In this document: one piece after another, positions 28,979 through 37,661 of the stretch
How the letters are laid out: each line of letters opens with the position of its first letter
Numbering within the stretch: the stretch's first letter is position 1
Source of the DNA: a virus
Taxonomy: Duplodnaviria > Caudoviricetes
Reading direction: 5' to 3' (one strand)
IMG/VR virus record: IMGVR_UViG_2932454522_000002
Span: 1-64,000 of that record
DNA: 64,000 nt
The notes under the pieces: generated by a model
The model's database searches: none
Told to the model about the DNA's origin: nothing
The model's input: the letters and a program-made list of their open reading frames with translations, nothing else
Translations under genes and position numbers: made by a program

Positions 28979-29283
28979 TGGCCACAGCAACCCAGACCCC
29001 GATCCCCCTCCCGTCCGACCCCCGTACCGCCCCGCTTCCGCCGCTCGCGCTGACCGCGATGGCCCGCCTGGAGTCGGCGCTGTCCCTCCCGCCGGCTGTG
29101 GTGCGTGCCGTGACCCGTTTCGAGGTCGCCACGGCCCGGATCGCCGAGCTGTCGGCGGTGGATGCCCAGCACCTGTCGGGCGCGGACTTCAACGCCCTGG
29201 GTGACGCCCGGGACGTGGTGAAGGCGTCGCGCAAGTTCCTCGCCGGCGCCGGTCTGCTGCAGCTGATTGGCGGCGCGTCGTGA
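28978..29283 (+). CDS. Hypothetical protein
   Basis: TGATG overlap; SD. Confidence 0.6.
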   Translation: MATATQTPIPLPSDPRTAPLPPLALTAMARLESALSLPPAVVRAVTRFEVATARIAELSAVDAQHLSGADFNALGDARDVVKASRKFLAGAGLLQLIGGAS

Positions 29284-29492
29284 ACGCGGCCCAGACGGCC
29301 TCCTGGCCGATCTCCGACGACCTGGCCGCTGCTCTGGCCCGCGACAACCGTCGCGAGGATGCGGGCATGCCGGCCGATGAGCGCCGCACGTGCTGGACGC
29401 ATCAGTGCTGGGCCGAGGACTGTGCCGACCACCCGATGCACGCGAACCCGCACGGGTTCGTGATCCGGCAGGCACTGCGGGAGGCGTCGTGA
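29280..29492 (+). CDS. Hypothetical protein (CWTHQCW motif)
   Basis: GTGA overlap. Confidence 0.55.
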   Translation: MNAAQTASWPISDDLAAALARDNRREDAGMPADERRTCWTHQCWAEDCADHPMHANPHGFVIRQALREAS

Positions 29493-30127
29493 TGTTCTCC
29501 CGCTTCCGCAAGATTCGCGCGGACCGTCGCCTGTGGGCCGAGGCTCAGTCTCTGCCGGAGCTGTCCGTGCTGACGGTCCGCTGGCTGGAGGGCGGTCTCG
29601 CCTGGCAGCCGGCGGATCGGGCCTCGACTGTGGATGAGGAGACGGCGGGCTTGGTGCCGGTGCTGTCTCGCCTGAACGCGGCGGGGTTGTTGACGACGGA
29701 GTCGCAGCCCGGCTGTGACGAAATGGTCGACGGGGTGCGCTGGCAGCAGTGTGCGGCGGTGGCTGGTTTGGTCGCTGACACGCGGCTGATGGGCCGTATC
29801 AACCGGGCTGCGATGGCTGCTGGTCTGACGGTGGGGTTGTTCCATCCGCGGCGGGGTTTGTGGTCGTGGACGACGCCGGTCACGTTCCAGGACGGCGAGC
29901 CGACGGCGTGGTACGGCCGTGAACTGTCGGTCGATGACCTGGAGTTCATGTGGCGGGGCATTAGCCCGGCCGCATTGGGCGAGGTGGTCGATGCCTGGCA
30001 GGTGACGGTCATCGACCCCGAGGTGGGTCGCGAAGACCTGCTGTGGTCTGTGCTCGATGCGGCTCTGCAGCCTGAGGCCCCCGCCGACCTGGCTCCGGTC
30101 CTTCCGTTCCGCCGCACCACCCCCTGA
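29492..30127 (+). CDS. Conserved actinobacterial mobile-element protein (DUF6919-like)
   Basis: VDEET..LNAAGLLTTESQPG..WQVTVIDPEVGR. Confidence 0.65.
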   Translation: MFSRFRKIRADRRLWAEAQSLPELSVLTVRWLEGGLAWQPADRASTVDEETAGLVPVLSRLNAAGLLTTESQPGCDEMVDGVRWQQCAAVAGLVADTRLMGRINRAAMAAGLTVGLFHPRRGLWSWTTPVTFQDGEPTAWYGRELSVDDLEFMWRGISPAALGEVVDAWQVTVIDPEVGREDLLWSVLDAALQPEAPADLAPVLPFRRTTP

Positions 30128-30219
30128 TCCGGTCGCGGGCGGGGCTGTCCCCCCGGCTTCCGCCCGCGGCCAACTCTTCGCTCAGCCAACCCACTTCACC
30201 TTGGAAGGAATTGATTGCT

Positions 30220-30435
30220 ATGCCGCGCTGGAACAAGGAGCGTCGCGCCGAGATCGCCGCCGAGTACGACGGTTACGCCAGCGACATGGACACGATCGCT
30301 GATGGCCTGTCGGAGCGTGGCCACGAGCGTGTCGCCAGCGACAAGCGCGAGCAGGCCGGGTTCTACCGGAACGTGGCCGCCGATGCCCGCGAGTCGAGTG
30401 CCGCACTGAACGCGAACCCGGACTTCAAGGCCTAA
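30220..30435 (+). CDS. Small hypothetical protein
   Basis: AAGGA SD; high GC3. Confidence 0.6.
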   Translation: MPRWNKERRAEIAAEYDGYASDMDTIADGLSERGHERVASDKREQAGFYRNVAADARESSAALNANPDFKA

Positions 30436-30611
30436 CCCCCCTGATCCGCCGCGGGCGCCGGGATGTCCCCCTACCCGTCGCCCGCGGCTCACCACCCCCG
30501 GCTCTGGCTGGGAGCGGAGGCCGCCGGTGCTTCATCCCCCGGTCGCACCGGCGGCGCCCCACCCATCCAGCACCATCCCCATTCCTTCTGCGTCCTTGAG
30601 AGGACACCGTC

Positions 30612-30842
30612 ATGTCTCCGTTCCTGTTCGATGCCGACGCCGCGCACACCCCCGAGGGGGAGAGGCGGCGCGCCGAGACGATCGTCGCCGACCCGTCGGT
30701 GCTGAGCATCAGCGACCTGTTCGCCACGTTCGCCAAGGCCGTCAAGTCCGGCGACCAGGTCAGCGTCAAGCGCATCCGACGCTCCGCCAGCCCCCAACTG
30801 CTCGCCGAGCTGGACGGCTTCAACTACCCGGCGGCTGCGTGA
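30612..30842 (+). CDS. Small hypothetical protein
   Basis: GAGAGGA SD. Confidence 0.6.
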   Translation: MSPFLFDADAAHTPEGERRRAETIVADPSVLSISDLFATFAKAVKSGDQVSVKRIRRSASPQLLAELDGFNYPAAA

Positions 30843-30976
30843 TGTTCGGCCGGAGGCGCGAGGACGCGCAGCAGCGGCCGGAGCCGTCGGCGTACCGGCC
30901 GGGTGTCGATGTCGAGGCGATGGAGGACACGCCGCGGCAGATCTGGGGTCCGGATGACGACGAGGACGGCAAGTGA
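30842..30976 (+). CDS. Small acidic protein
   Basis: Coupled at both ends. Confidence 0.5.
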   Translation: MFGRRREDAQQRPEPSAYRPGVDVEAMEDTPRQIWGPDDDEDGK

Positions 30977-31419
30977 TGTCCGGCGTGTCGACGGCCCGGT
31001 CGGAGGCCCAGTCGCTGATCGCCCGGGTGGACAGCAAGGCGAGTCTGCTGCTCGCGTTCAATGGCGTGGCTCTGGCTGGCTTGTGGTCGGCGGGGCATGG
31101 CGTCGAGTTGGCGCCGCTGCCGCTCACGATGACGGTGGGTGCCGGGCTGGCGTTCCTGGCGTCGATCGTCGTGGCGCTGTGGACGGTGCGCCCGCGTCTG
31201 GGTGACGGACGCTCCGGCTTCCCCTTGTGGGCGTCGCTGTCGGCGGACGCGGTGGAGGCGCTGCTGCTGGCCGAGCAGGAGGGCCCGCATGTGGTGGCCC
31301 TCTCGAAGATCACCGTCAAGAAGATGCGCGCCTTCACCCTGGCCATCGACCTGACTCTCACCGGCATCGGCACGGCCGTTCTCGCCGCCGCGATCCAGGC
31401 CGCCACATCCCTGTTCTGA
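30973..31419 (+). CDS. Pycsar-effector-family (DUF5706-like) membrane protein
   Basis: IARVDSKASLLL..TM..WTVRPRL..LSKITVKKM..TM. Confidence 0.75.
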   Translation: MMSGVSTARSEAQSLIARVDSKASLLLAFNGVALAGLWSAGHGVELAPLPLTMTVGAGLAFLASIVVALWTVRPRLGDGRSGFPLWASLSADAVEALLLAEQEGPHVVALSKITVKKMRAFTLAIDLTLTGIGTAVLAAAIQAATSLF

Positions 31420-31510
31420 CCTCAGCCCCGGCATCCATGCCGCGAGGGAGCCGAGTCAACGCCGGCCCGGGGCGCGCACCACACACCCAACCCGACCCGA
31501 AGGAGTCCCA

Positions 31511-31657
31511 ATGGCCCTGTCACGCGAGGACCACCAGTTCATGGCCGGACAGTCCGTGTACGCGCAGATGGAGCGCGGCGAGGTCGCCGACGTGACCGTC
31601 GCCCTGGACCAGGCGGTGGCGGACGCCAACAAGGAGTACGAGAAGGACAACGGCTGA
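31511..31657 (+). CDS. Small hypothetical protein (48 aa)
   Basis: AAGGAG SD. Confidence 0.55.
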   Translation: MALSREDHQFMAGQSVYAQMERGEVADVTVALDQAVADANKEYEKDNG

Positions 31658-31800
31658 GCCTGCCCCTGTTCCGCCGTGGGCGGGCCGCTTGCCCGCCGCC
31701 CCGCCCACGGTCCCCGCCTCGGTCACGGTCTCCACGGACGTAGCCGCGAAGTGCTGACCGGGGCGCGCACGACACCAGTTATCGAATCGAAAGGACCCTC

Positions 31801-32067
31801 ATGGACCTGACCGCAATGCGTGCCCGTGACGCCCACCGGCTGCTTGCCGACGTGGATGCCGCCGACATCACGAACCCGGATCTGCCGCACCGTACTTCTG
31901 TCCGGCTGATCACCGACCTGTCGACGATGCTCAAGATCGCGACCGAGGGCTCGGAGAGCCTGCAGGCCACCGTCGACCAGCTTCGCGAGGAGAACGTCCG
32001 CCTGAAGGCCGCCGCACTGGAAGCCCAGCTCGCAGCCCTGGACGAGACCGAGACGGCCGCTGCCTGA
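31801..32067 (+). CDS. Small coiled-coil protein
   Basis: AAAGGA SD. Confidence 0.6.
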   Translation: MDLTAMRARDAHRLLADVDAADITNPDLPHRTSVRLITDLSTMLKIATEGSESLQATVDQLREENVRLKAAALEAQLAALDETETAAA

Positions 32068-32163
32068 GCCTGCCCCCAGCCCGATCCGCCGGATCCTGCA
32101 CGCCCGGCGGTGAGAGGTGGAGCGCAGAGCCCGCCACCCCAACCCCAACCCGAGAGGAACCAC

Positions 32164-32334
32164 ATGGCATTCGGACGTAAGGCCGCCGAGAAGCTCGACT
32201 CCGCTGCGGCCGGTCTCCACAAGGTCGGCGGACGGGCCGGTGACGCGGTCGCCAACGCGGTCATCGCCCCGGTCCGTCGGCAGATCAACGAGGACTGCAC
32301 GAACTGCTCCCGCGGCAAGTGCAAGAAGCACTGA
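32164..32334 (+). CDS. Small protein with C-terminal CxxC-x3-C-x2-H
   Basis: GAGAGGA SD. Confidence 0.55.
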   Translation: MAFGRKAAEKLDSAAAGLHKVGGRAGDAVANAVIAPVRRQINEDCTNCSRGKCKKH

Positions 32335-32418
32335 CGGCCCTGCCCGTTGCCCGATCTGCCGGTCTCGCACCGGCAGTGAGGGGAGCCGGGACAGTCCCGA
32401 CTCCGGAAGGAGGGCGTC

Positions 32419-32556
32419 ATGCCCGACGGATTCTGCTGTGGAGCCGCCAAGTCCCACTGCGAGAAGCACCGCGGCGGCAACGACCTGCCGTGCACGTGGT
32501 GCATCAACCACAAGGTCAGCTTCTTCGGCGGCTGCGACGGCGGAGACAACGGCTAA
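32419..32556 (+). CDS. 45-aa six-Cys peptide
   Basis: AAGGAGG SD; MPDGFCCGAAKSHCEKHRGGNDLPCTWCINHKVSFFGGCDGGDNG. Confidence 0.55.
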   Translation: MPDGFCCGAAKSHCEKHRGGNDLPCTWCINHKVSFFGGCDGGDNG

Positions 32557-32589
32557 CCCAACCCCCACAACTCCCGAGAGGAGGAGTTG

Positions 32590-32700
32590 ATGGACGAGAC
32601 CGCCCGCATCGACAGCCGCCGGGTGCTGCACCAGTCCGGTCGTCGTCTGCCGCACGGATGGTGCGAGCAGCACGCCGAACCGCCGTTGGAGTCGTCCTGA
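32590..32700 (+). CDS. Small hypothetical peptide
   Basis: GAGGAG SD. Confidence 0.35.
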   Translation: MDETARIDSRRVLHQSGRRLPHGWCEQHAEPPLESS

Positions 32701-32752
32701 CCGACACCCATCACAGACCCAACCCGATCCATCTATCCGAGAGGAGGCCGCC

Positions 32753-32968
32753 ATGAAGCGGCTCATCCGAGGCCTGCTTGTGGCGGCCTTCCTAGTCCTG
32801 GTGGCCACGTTTCCGGTCCTTGCGTCGGCGATCAACGCGACGCTCGGCCTGATCATCGACGGCGCCGTCCAGTTGCTGTCACAGCAGGCGGTGCTCGCCG
32901 TGGTCGTCCTGCTGGCCGTCGTCTTCTACTTCCGTCACCGTCCCGCGCCCGCGAGGAGGGCCGCCTGA
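32753..32968 (+). CDS. Two-TM small membrane protein (Spd-like)
   Basis: Hydrophobic; GGAGG SD. Confidence 0.65.
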   Translation: MKRLIRGLLVAAFLVLVATFPVLASAINATLGLIIDGAVQLLSQQAVLAVVVLLAVVFYFRHRPAPARRAA

Positions 32969-33171
32969 TGCCGATCACAGTCCGCAAGTCGATCCAGGTC
33001 TTCCCTGGCGTCCGACTCAACATCAACCGTCGGTCGATCTCTTGGACGTTCGGCTTCAAGGGCGGACCGCACTACACGGCCAGCAGTACAGGCCGCCGCA
33101 CCACCTCAATGAACCTGCCCGGCGGGCTCGGCTACCGCCGGACCACGACCCGACGAAGCCGGGGTGAGTGA
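32968..33171 (+). CDS. DUF4236-like basic protein
   Basis: RKSIQVFPGVRLNINRRSISWT..LPGGLGYR. Confidence 0.75.
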   Translation: MPITVRKSIQVFPGVRLNINRRSISWTFGFKGGPHYTASSTGRRTTSMNLPGGLGYRRTTTRRSRGE

Positions 33172-33361
33172 GATGCGCTGGCTCCTCGACCTGCTGATCG
33201 TCGCCCTGCTGTCAGGGCTGAGCCTGGTCGTGATCCGACTGTCGCTCGACGGGGGCATGGCCAAGCCCGTGGCGATCGGCCTCGGTCTCGTCGTCGCCCT
33301 CGCCGCCAACCGCTTCATCCACGCACTACTCAACAGCGCGGCCCGCAGCCGCAACACCTGA
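33164..33361 (+). CDS. Two-TM small membrane protein
   Basis: Two hydrophobic helices. Confidence 0.55.
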   Translation: MSEMRWLLDLLIVALLSGLSLVVIRLSLDGGMAKPVAIGLGLVVALAANRFIHALLNSAARSRNT

Positions 33362-33377
33362 AAGGAAACCGATCACC

Positions 33378-33623
33378 GTGAGCACCGCACAGCAAACCGT
33401 CGAGAGCGCGACACCTGCGGCGGAGGTCAGGCACCACTGGATCATCACCGTCCAGTTCGATCACGGGCGGCAGGTGGCCACCTATGACGGATCCGTCAAC
33501 GTAGCGCCCGGCGTGCACACGCGCATGAGCACGTACACCAACCTCCGTGAGCACATGCAGCAGACCGTCGGCGACGACCGGGTGGTCGTCCTGTTCTTCG
33601 ACCTCACCCCCGACCAGCTCTAA
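33378..33623 (+). CDS. Hypothetical protein
   Basis: AAAGGA SD. Confidence 0.6.
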   Translation: MSTAQQTVESATPAAEVRHHWIITVQFDHGRQVATYDGSVNVAPGVHTRMSTYTNLREHMQQTVGDDRVVVLFFDLTPDQL

Positions 33624-33641
33624 CACCTGAAGGGAACTGTC

Positions 33642-33716
33642 ATGCGACTCCTGTACGCCGCCGGGATGTTCCTGCCGATCCCGCTCCTGATCATCGCCAT
33701 CCTCGCTTCCCGCTGA
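33642..33716 (+). CDS. 24-aa hydrophobic peptide
   Basis: AAGGGA SD; MRLLYAAGMFLPIPLLIIAILASR. Confidence 0.4.
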   Translation: MRLLYAAGMFLPIPLLIIAILASR

Positions 33717-33737
33717 ACGAAGGGACACCGAACGACC

Positions 33738-35042
33738 ATGACCGCCACTGCCGCCGAGAAGCAGGTCAACGGAACACCGAAGACCTCGCCTGAGCACCGC
33801 TTTGACCCGCGGGCGCTGGCCGAGGCGGAGGCGATCCGGACCAAGGCTGCCGCCGAAGCCGAGGCTGTGCGCATCAAGGCCGAAGGCGAAGCCGACGCCG
33901 CCCGCACCCTTGCCGTCGAGCAGGCCAAGAAGGACCAGCTCGCCAACGAGCGCAGCAAGATCGCGCTGGAGCGGAAGAAGGTCGACCACGACGCCTACGT
34001 CGCCAAGAAGGCCGCTGAGACCGCCAAGTCGCGTGCCGACAAGGAGAAGGCCGAGAAGGCGGAGGCTGCCCAGGCCGAGCGGGAGGCGCAGCTGGTTGCC
34101 GACCGGGAGCGTTCCGAGCGGTACTGGAAGTGGGGCGCGCGCGGCATCTACATCGTCGGCCTCGCCCTCGCCGGACCGGTGCAGTTCATGCACTTCTGGG
34201 ACCCCAAGCGGCCGTTCCTCATCGCCGCCCCCGCCCTCCTCGAAGGCTTCGCGCTGGTCCTCGCGTTCGGTGCAGCGTGGGCCGTCGCGCACCGCCGGGA
34301 TGTCACCCCCTATCGGATCGGCATCATGCTCGGCGCGATCGTCGCCGCCGCCATCAACCTGTACGGCGGCATGTCCGACGAGGAGATCGGCTTCAACGCC
34401 GGCCTCATCGGCGCCATCGCATCCATCGGCGGCCCGATCGTGCTCATGACCTACGAGCGTGGTGTCGCGCAGAAGGCTGACGGTGAACCCTCCCGGCGGG
34501 AGAAGAAGGCCGCCGCGAAGGAGGCTGCGGCGAAGGCTGCCGCGGACGCGAAGGCGCGGGCCGAGAAGGCGCTCGCTGATGAGAAGGCGGCAGCCGACAA
34601 GAAGATCACCGAGGAGCGGGCCGTAGCCGAGCAGCAGCGGCGTGACGACGATCGCCGCACCGGCCACCCCGAGGTGTGGAAGGTCGCCGACTCCATCCGA
34701 TCCGCGCGCGGTTCGCAGTACGTCACCGAGCAGATTTGGGCCGAAGCCTGGTACCGCGTCACCGGCTTCAAGCAGGTCGGTGTCGACCTTGACATCGACG
34801 CTCAGACGCGGGCCGCGGATGCTCGCGCGAAGACCGCCGAGCAGGCCCCCGTATTGGGATCTTTCTCGCTGGTCGAATCCCAACGACGCCCCGGCGCGAA
34901 GAAGGACCCGAACCAGCCCGACGGGCGCCGCAACAACGGCGGCACGCCCCCCATCCGCAGGGCCGGCGACAGCGAGCCCAACCACCCCATCGCGCGGGCC
35001 CAGGCGCGCGCCGAACGGACCACCGAGAAGGACTCGAAGTGA
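33738..35042 (+). CDS. Coiled-coil, four-TM spread protein (SpdB-like)
   Basis: Four TM segments between coiled coils; coupled to the TraB-like gene. Confidence 0.7.
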   Translation: MTATAAEKQVNGTPKTSPEHRFDPRALAEAEAIRTKAAAEAEAVRIKAEGEADAARTLAVEQAKKDQLANERSKIALERKKVDHDAYVAKKAAETAKSRADKEKAEKAEAAQAEREAQLVADRERSERYWKWGARGIYIVGLALAGPVQFMHFWDPKRPFLIAAPALLEGFALVLAFGAAWAVAHRRDVTPYRIGIMLGAIVAAAINLYGGMSDEEIGFNAGLIGAIASIGGPIVLMTYERGVAQKADGEPSRREKKAAAKEAAAKAAADAKARAEKALADEKAAADKKITEERAVAEQQRRDDDRRTGHPEVWKVADSIRSARGSQYVTEQIWAEAWYRVTGFKQVGVDLDIDAQTRAADARAKTAEQAPVLGSFSLVESQRRPGAKKDPNQPDGRRNNGGTPPIRRAGDSEPNHPIARAQARAERTTEKDSK

Positions 35043-37174
35043 GCATAGAGAGGATGCCGAGTGCGACGCCGGACCCGGAGTGGGAGCGGCTAGTCGCGGA
35101 CCTCCGCAACGACCCCGACGCCGAGCCCGCCCTCGCATCCGCCCGCCCGGCTGCGGTCGCCAAGTCGGCGGTCGCGGACCCGATGGGTGACGCGCCGCTC
35201 CGCCCCGCCTGGTCGCGAACTGCCGACGGATGGAAGGCCCGCACCACGGTTGGCCGCGTCAACAACGTCCGCCGGTTCCGCAAGTGGGTGCGCCGCCAGC
35301 GCACCGAGCACGGGCACGGCGCCCAGACGTACCGCGGGCTGCGGCGGGCCATCGTGTGGGTGCAGGGCACCGAAGGCGCACAGGTCACCACAGCGCGGCA
35401 CGAACTGCTGCAGACGCAGCGGGACTACAAGTCCGCGAAACGGGCGCACGATCGACGGCTGCTGCCAGGCAAGGAGAAGGACGCGCGGCGCCGGAACATG
35501 GAGGACGCGTTTGACCACTCGCTCAAGGCGATGGGCAAGTACAAGTCCGCCCACCGTGACGCTCGACTGCGCCGACTCTGGCGCGGGGCCCTCGCCCTCA
35601 CACCGGTCGCCGGCGCCGAAGGGGCTGGCATGTACTTCCTCGGCGGCACCGGCGGGCTCCTCGCCACCGGATCGACGGCGCTCGCCCTGGCCCTCATCGG
35701 CCGCCGTACCACCGCGGGCGAGCTGTACGCCGACCAGGACGCGAAGATCGGCAACGGGGACCGGATGACCGACAGCATGGTCAACCGCGTCTACCGCAGC
35801 GCCAAGGTTATCGCCGCGGACGACGAGGTGAAGCTGCTGTCGCCGTGCACGCTCACCGCCGACGGTTCCGCCTGGGAAGTGCGCCTCGAGCTGCCCGACG
35901 GCATCCCCGCCTCCAAGGCCCTGGGTGCGACCGCCCAGCTGGCCAACGGGTTCGGCGTCAGCGTTCAGCAGGTGTCCCAGGTCAAGGGGGCCCGCGAGGA
36001 CTGGCTGACCCTGCGCGTCACCCTCAAGGTCCCGTTCACTGGCGAGGCCCACAAGGGGCCGCTCCTGACTGCAGGCGAGGTCAGTCTGTGGGACCCCGCC
36101 CCGATGGCGGTGTCCGAGCGAGGCGACATCGTGGCCGTGGAGTGGTTCGAGAAGACCGCCCTGTTCGGCGGAGAGCCAGGCAGCGGGAAATCGGCGGCGG
36201 CTAACAATCCGCTGCTGCTGGCGGCCCTCGACGTGCGCGCCGACCTGTATCTGGGTGACGGCAAGGGCGGCTTCGATGCGACGCCGTTCGAGCCGATCGC
36301 CCAGATGATCGACACCGCGGGAGACCCAGCGGCGCTGCTCGCCATCCTCCGACACGTATGGGAGGACGTCCTGCCCGGACTGAAGCAGGTGGTCAAGGAC
36401 CACCGGGTCCGCAAGTTCTCCCGCGCGCTGGCCGCCGAGGACGAGCGAGTCCGCTGGACGGTCCTGTTCATCGACGAGTGGGCGTCCTACATGGCTGCCG
36501 CCACCCAGGAGCAGCAGAAGGAGCTGGAGAGGCTCCTGCGGCTGATCACGCAGCAGAGTCGCGCCTACGCGGGTCTCGTCATCGCGGCCACGCAGAAGCC
36601 CGACTCCAACGCCGTCCCCACCGGCATCCGCGACATCCTCTCCACCCGCTGGGCCGGGCGCTGCATGACTCCCGAGGCGTCCGACACGATCCTCGGCAAG
36701 GGGCGGGCCTCCGCCGGCTACAACGCGCAGCGGATCCTCAAGTCGCAGCGCGGCGTGGGCTATCTGCAGACCGGCGAGACGTCGGAGCCCGTCCTCACGC
36801 AGTCGTTCTTCTACGACGATGACGAGGTTGAGGCGATCCTCCGGCGGGCCTACAACCTGCGCGCCGCGGCTGGTGTGCTGCCGGTCGCAGTCGAGCAGAA
36901 GGTGACGATCCTCGATCACATGATCAAGGCGGCTTCCGCGACCGGCCGCGGGGTCGCCACCCGGGCTGAACTGTTCGCTCACCTTGCCGCCGTCGACTCG
37001 GAGTACGCGCGGCCTGACGGGGAGAGTGACGCCGCCTACAACGCTCGCGTCGGCCGTCTGCTCGCCGCGGCCATGACCGACGAAGGCATCGACGTGGAGG
37101 CGGTCAAGGTCTCCACCGGCGACGGCGGCCGGTCGATGGGGTATCGCCTCGAAGACCTCAACGACGCCCGATAG
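35039..37174 (+). CDS. traB: TraB-like FtsK/SpoIIIE conjugative DNA translocase
   Basis: N-terminal TM; Walker A GEPGSGKS; DGKGG; Walker B VLFIDE; ATQKP; C-terminal wHTH-like region. Confidence 0.85.
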   Translation: MSIERMPSATPDPEWERLVADLRNDPDAEPALASARPAAVAKSAVADPMGDAPLRPAWSRTADGWKARTTVGRVNNVRRFRKWVRRQRTEHGHGAQTYRGLRRAIVWVQGTEGAQVTTARHELLQTQRDYKSAKRAHDRRLLPGKEKDARRRNMEDAFDHSLKAMGKYKSAHRDARLRRLWRGALALTPVAGAEGAGMYFLGGTGGLLATGSTALALALIGRRTTAGELYADQDAKIGNGDRMTDSMVNRVYRSAKVIAADDEVKLLSPCTLTADGSAWEVRLELPDGIPASKALGATAQLANGFGVSVQQVSQVKGAREDWLTLRVTLKVPFTGEAHKGPLLTAGEVSLWDPAPMAVSERGDIVAVEWFEKTALFGGEPGSGKSAAANNPLLLAALDVRADLYLGDGKGGFDATPFEPIAQMIDTAGDPAALLAILRHVWEDVLPGLKQVVKDHRVRKFSRALAAEDERVRWTVLFIDEWASYMAAATQEQQKELERLLRLITQQSRAYAGLVIAATQKPDSNAVPTGIRDILSTRWAGRCMTPEASDTILGKGRASAGYNAQRILKSQRGVGYLQTGETSEPVLTQSFFYDDDEVEAILRRAYNLRAAAGVLPVAVEQKVTILDHMIKAASATGRGVATRAELFAHLAAVDSEYARPDGESDAAYNARVGRLLAAAMTDEGIDVEAVKVSTGDGGRSMGYRLEDLNDAR

Positions 37175-37182
37175 ATCCCGCT

Positions 37183-37335
37183 TTGACCCTGGACAACAGC
37201 CTGGACAGAGCCTGGACCGGCCTGGACAGGAAGGGGCTGACCCTGGACACCTCGTCCAGGGTCAATCCAGAGGAGTCCACTCTCCGTCCAGGCTCCCACA
37301 TGCACAAACGCGCCCGTGTCCACGCTCTGTCCAGG
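37183..37335. repeat. clt-like locus: CCTGGAC(A) repeats
   Basis: Direct copies at 37188, 37200, 37211, 37221, 37242; inverted at 37254, 37286, 37328; directly after the traB stop. Confidence 0.75.
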
Positions 37336-37366
37336 CAATAACGACACCCAACCCGAAGGAGAACCC

Positions 37367-37540
37367 ATGGAGATCCACAAAGACGGCACCACTGCCGGAG
37401 ACCTCACCGCCATCTACGGCATCGGCATCGTCGCCATGCTGCGCGGCGGCAAGCTCACCACCAAGCAGAAGCGCCGCCTCGAACGACGCCGCGACGCCAT
37501 CGAGGCCCGCGGACGCGCCAACCGCAACAGCCGGAGCTGA
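37367..37540 (+). CDS. Small basic protein
   Basis: AAGGAG SD. Confidence 0.6.
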   Translation: MEIHKDGTTAGDLTAIYGIGIVAMLRGGKLTTKQKRRLERRRDAIEARGRANRNSRS

Positions 37541-37558
37541 ATCCCAGGAGGGACACCC

Positions 37559-37645
37559 ATGCAGGACATCAGCAACCTGATCACCGACCCCCAGCCGGCC
37601 ACCGGGACCCCCGACGCCGAGCCCGTACTCCAGCCTGCCGCCTGA
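37559..37645 (+). CDS. Small peptide (28 aa)
   Basis: AGGAGG SD. Confidence 0.4.
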   Translation: MQDISNLITDPQPATGTPDAEPVLQPAA

Positions 37646-37661
37646 GACCGAGAGGACCGTC

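Noticed and set aside
30973-31419. Complete Pycsar defence system
   Set aside because: No pyrimidine cyclase gene in the window
32069-32385. Twister or hammerhead ribozyme identity for the duplicated hairpin
   Set aside because: Catalytic core motifs (CUGANGA/GAAA; twister UAA and pseudoknots) are not present; kept only as an unknown motif
37183-37335. Repeat cluster as a CRISPR array
   Set aside because: Units are only 7-8 bp with short irregular gaps, there are no spacers, and no cas genes are in the window
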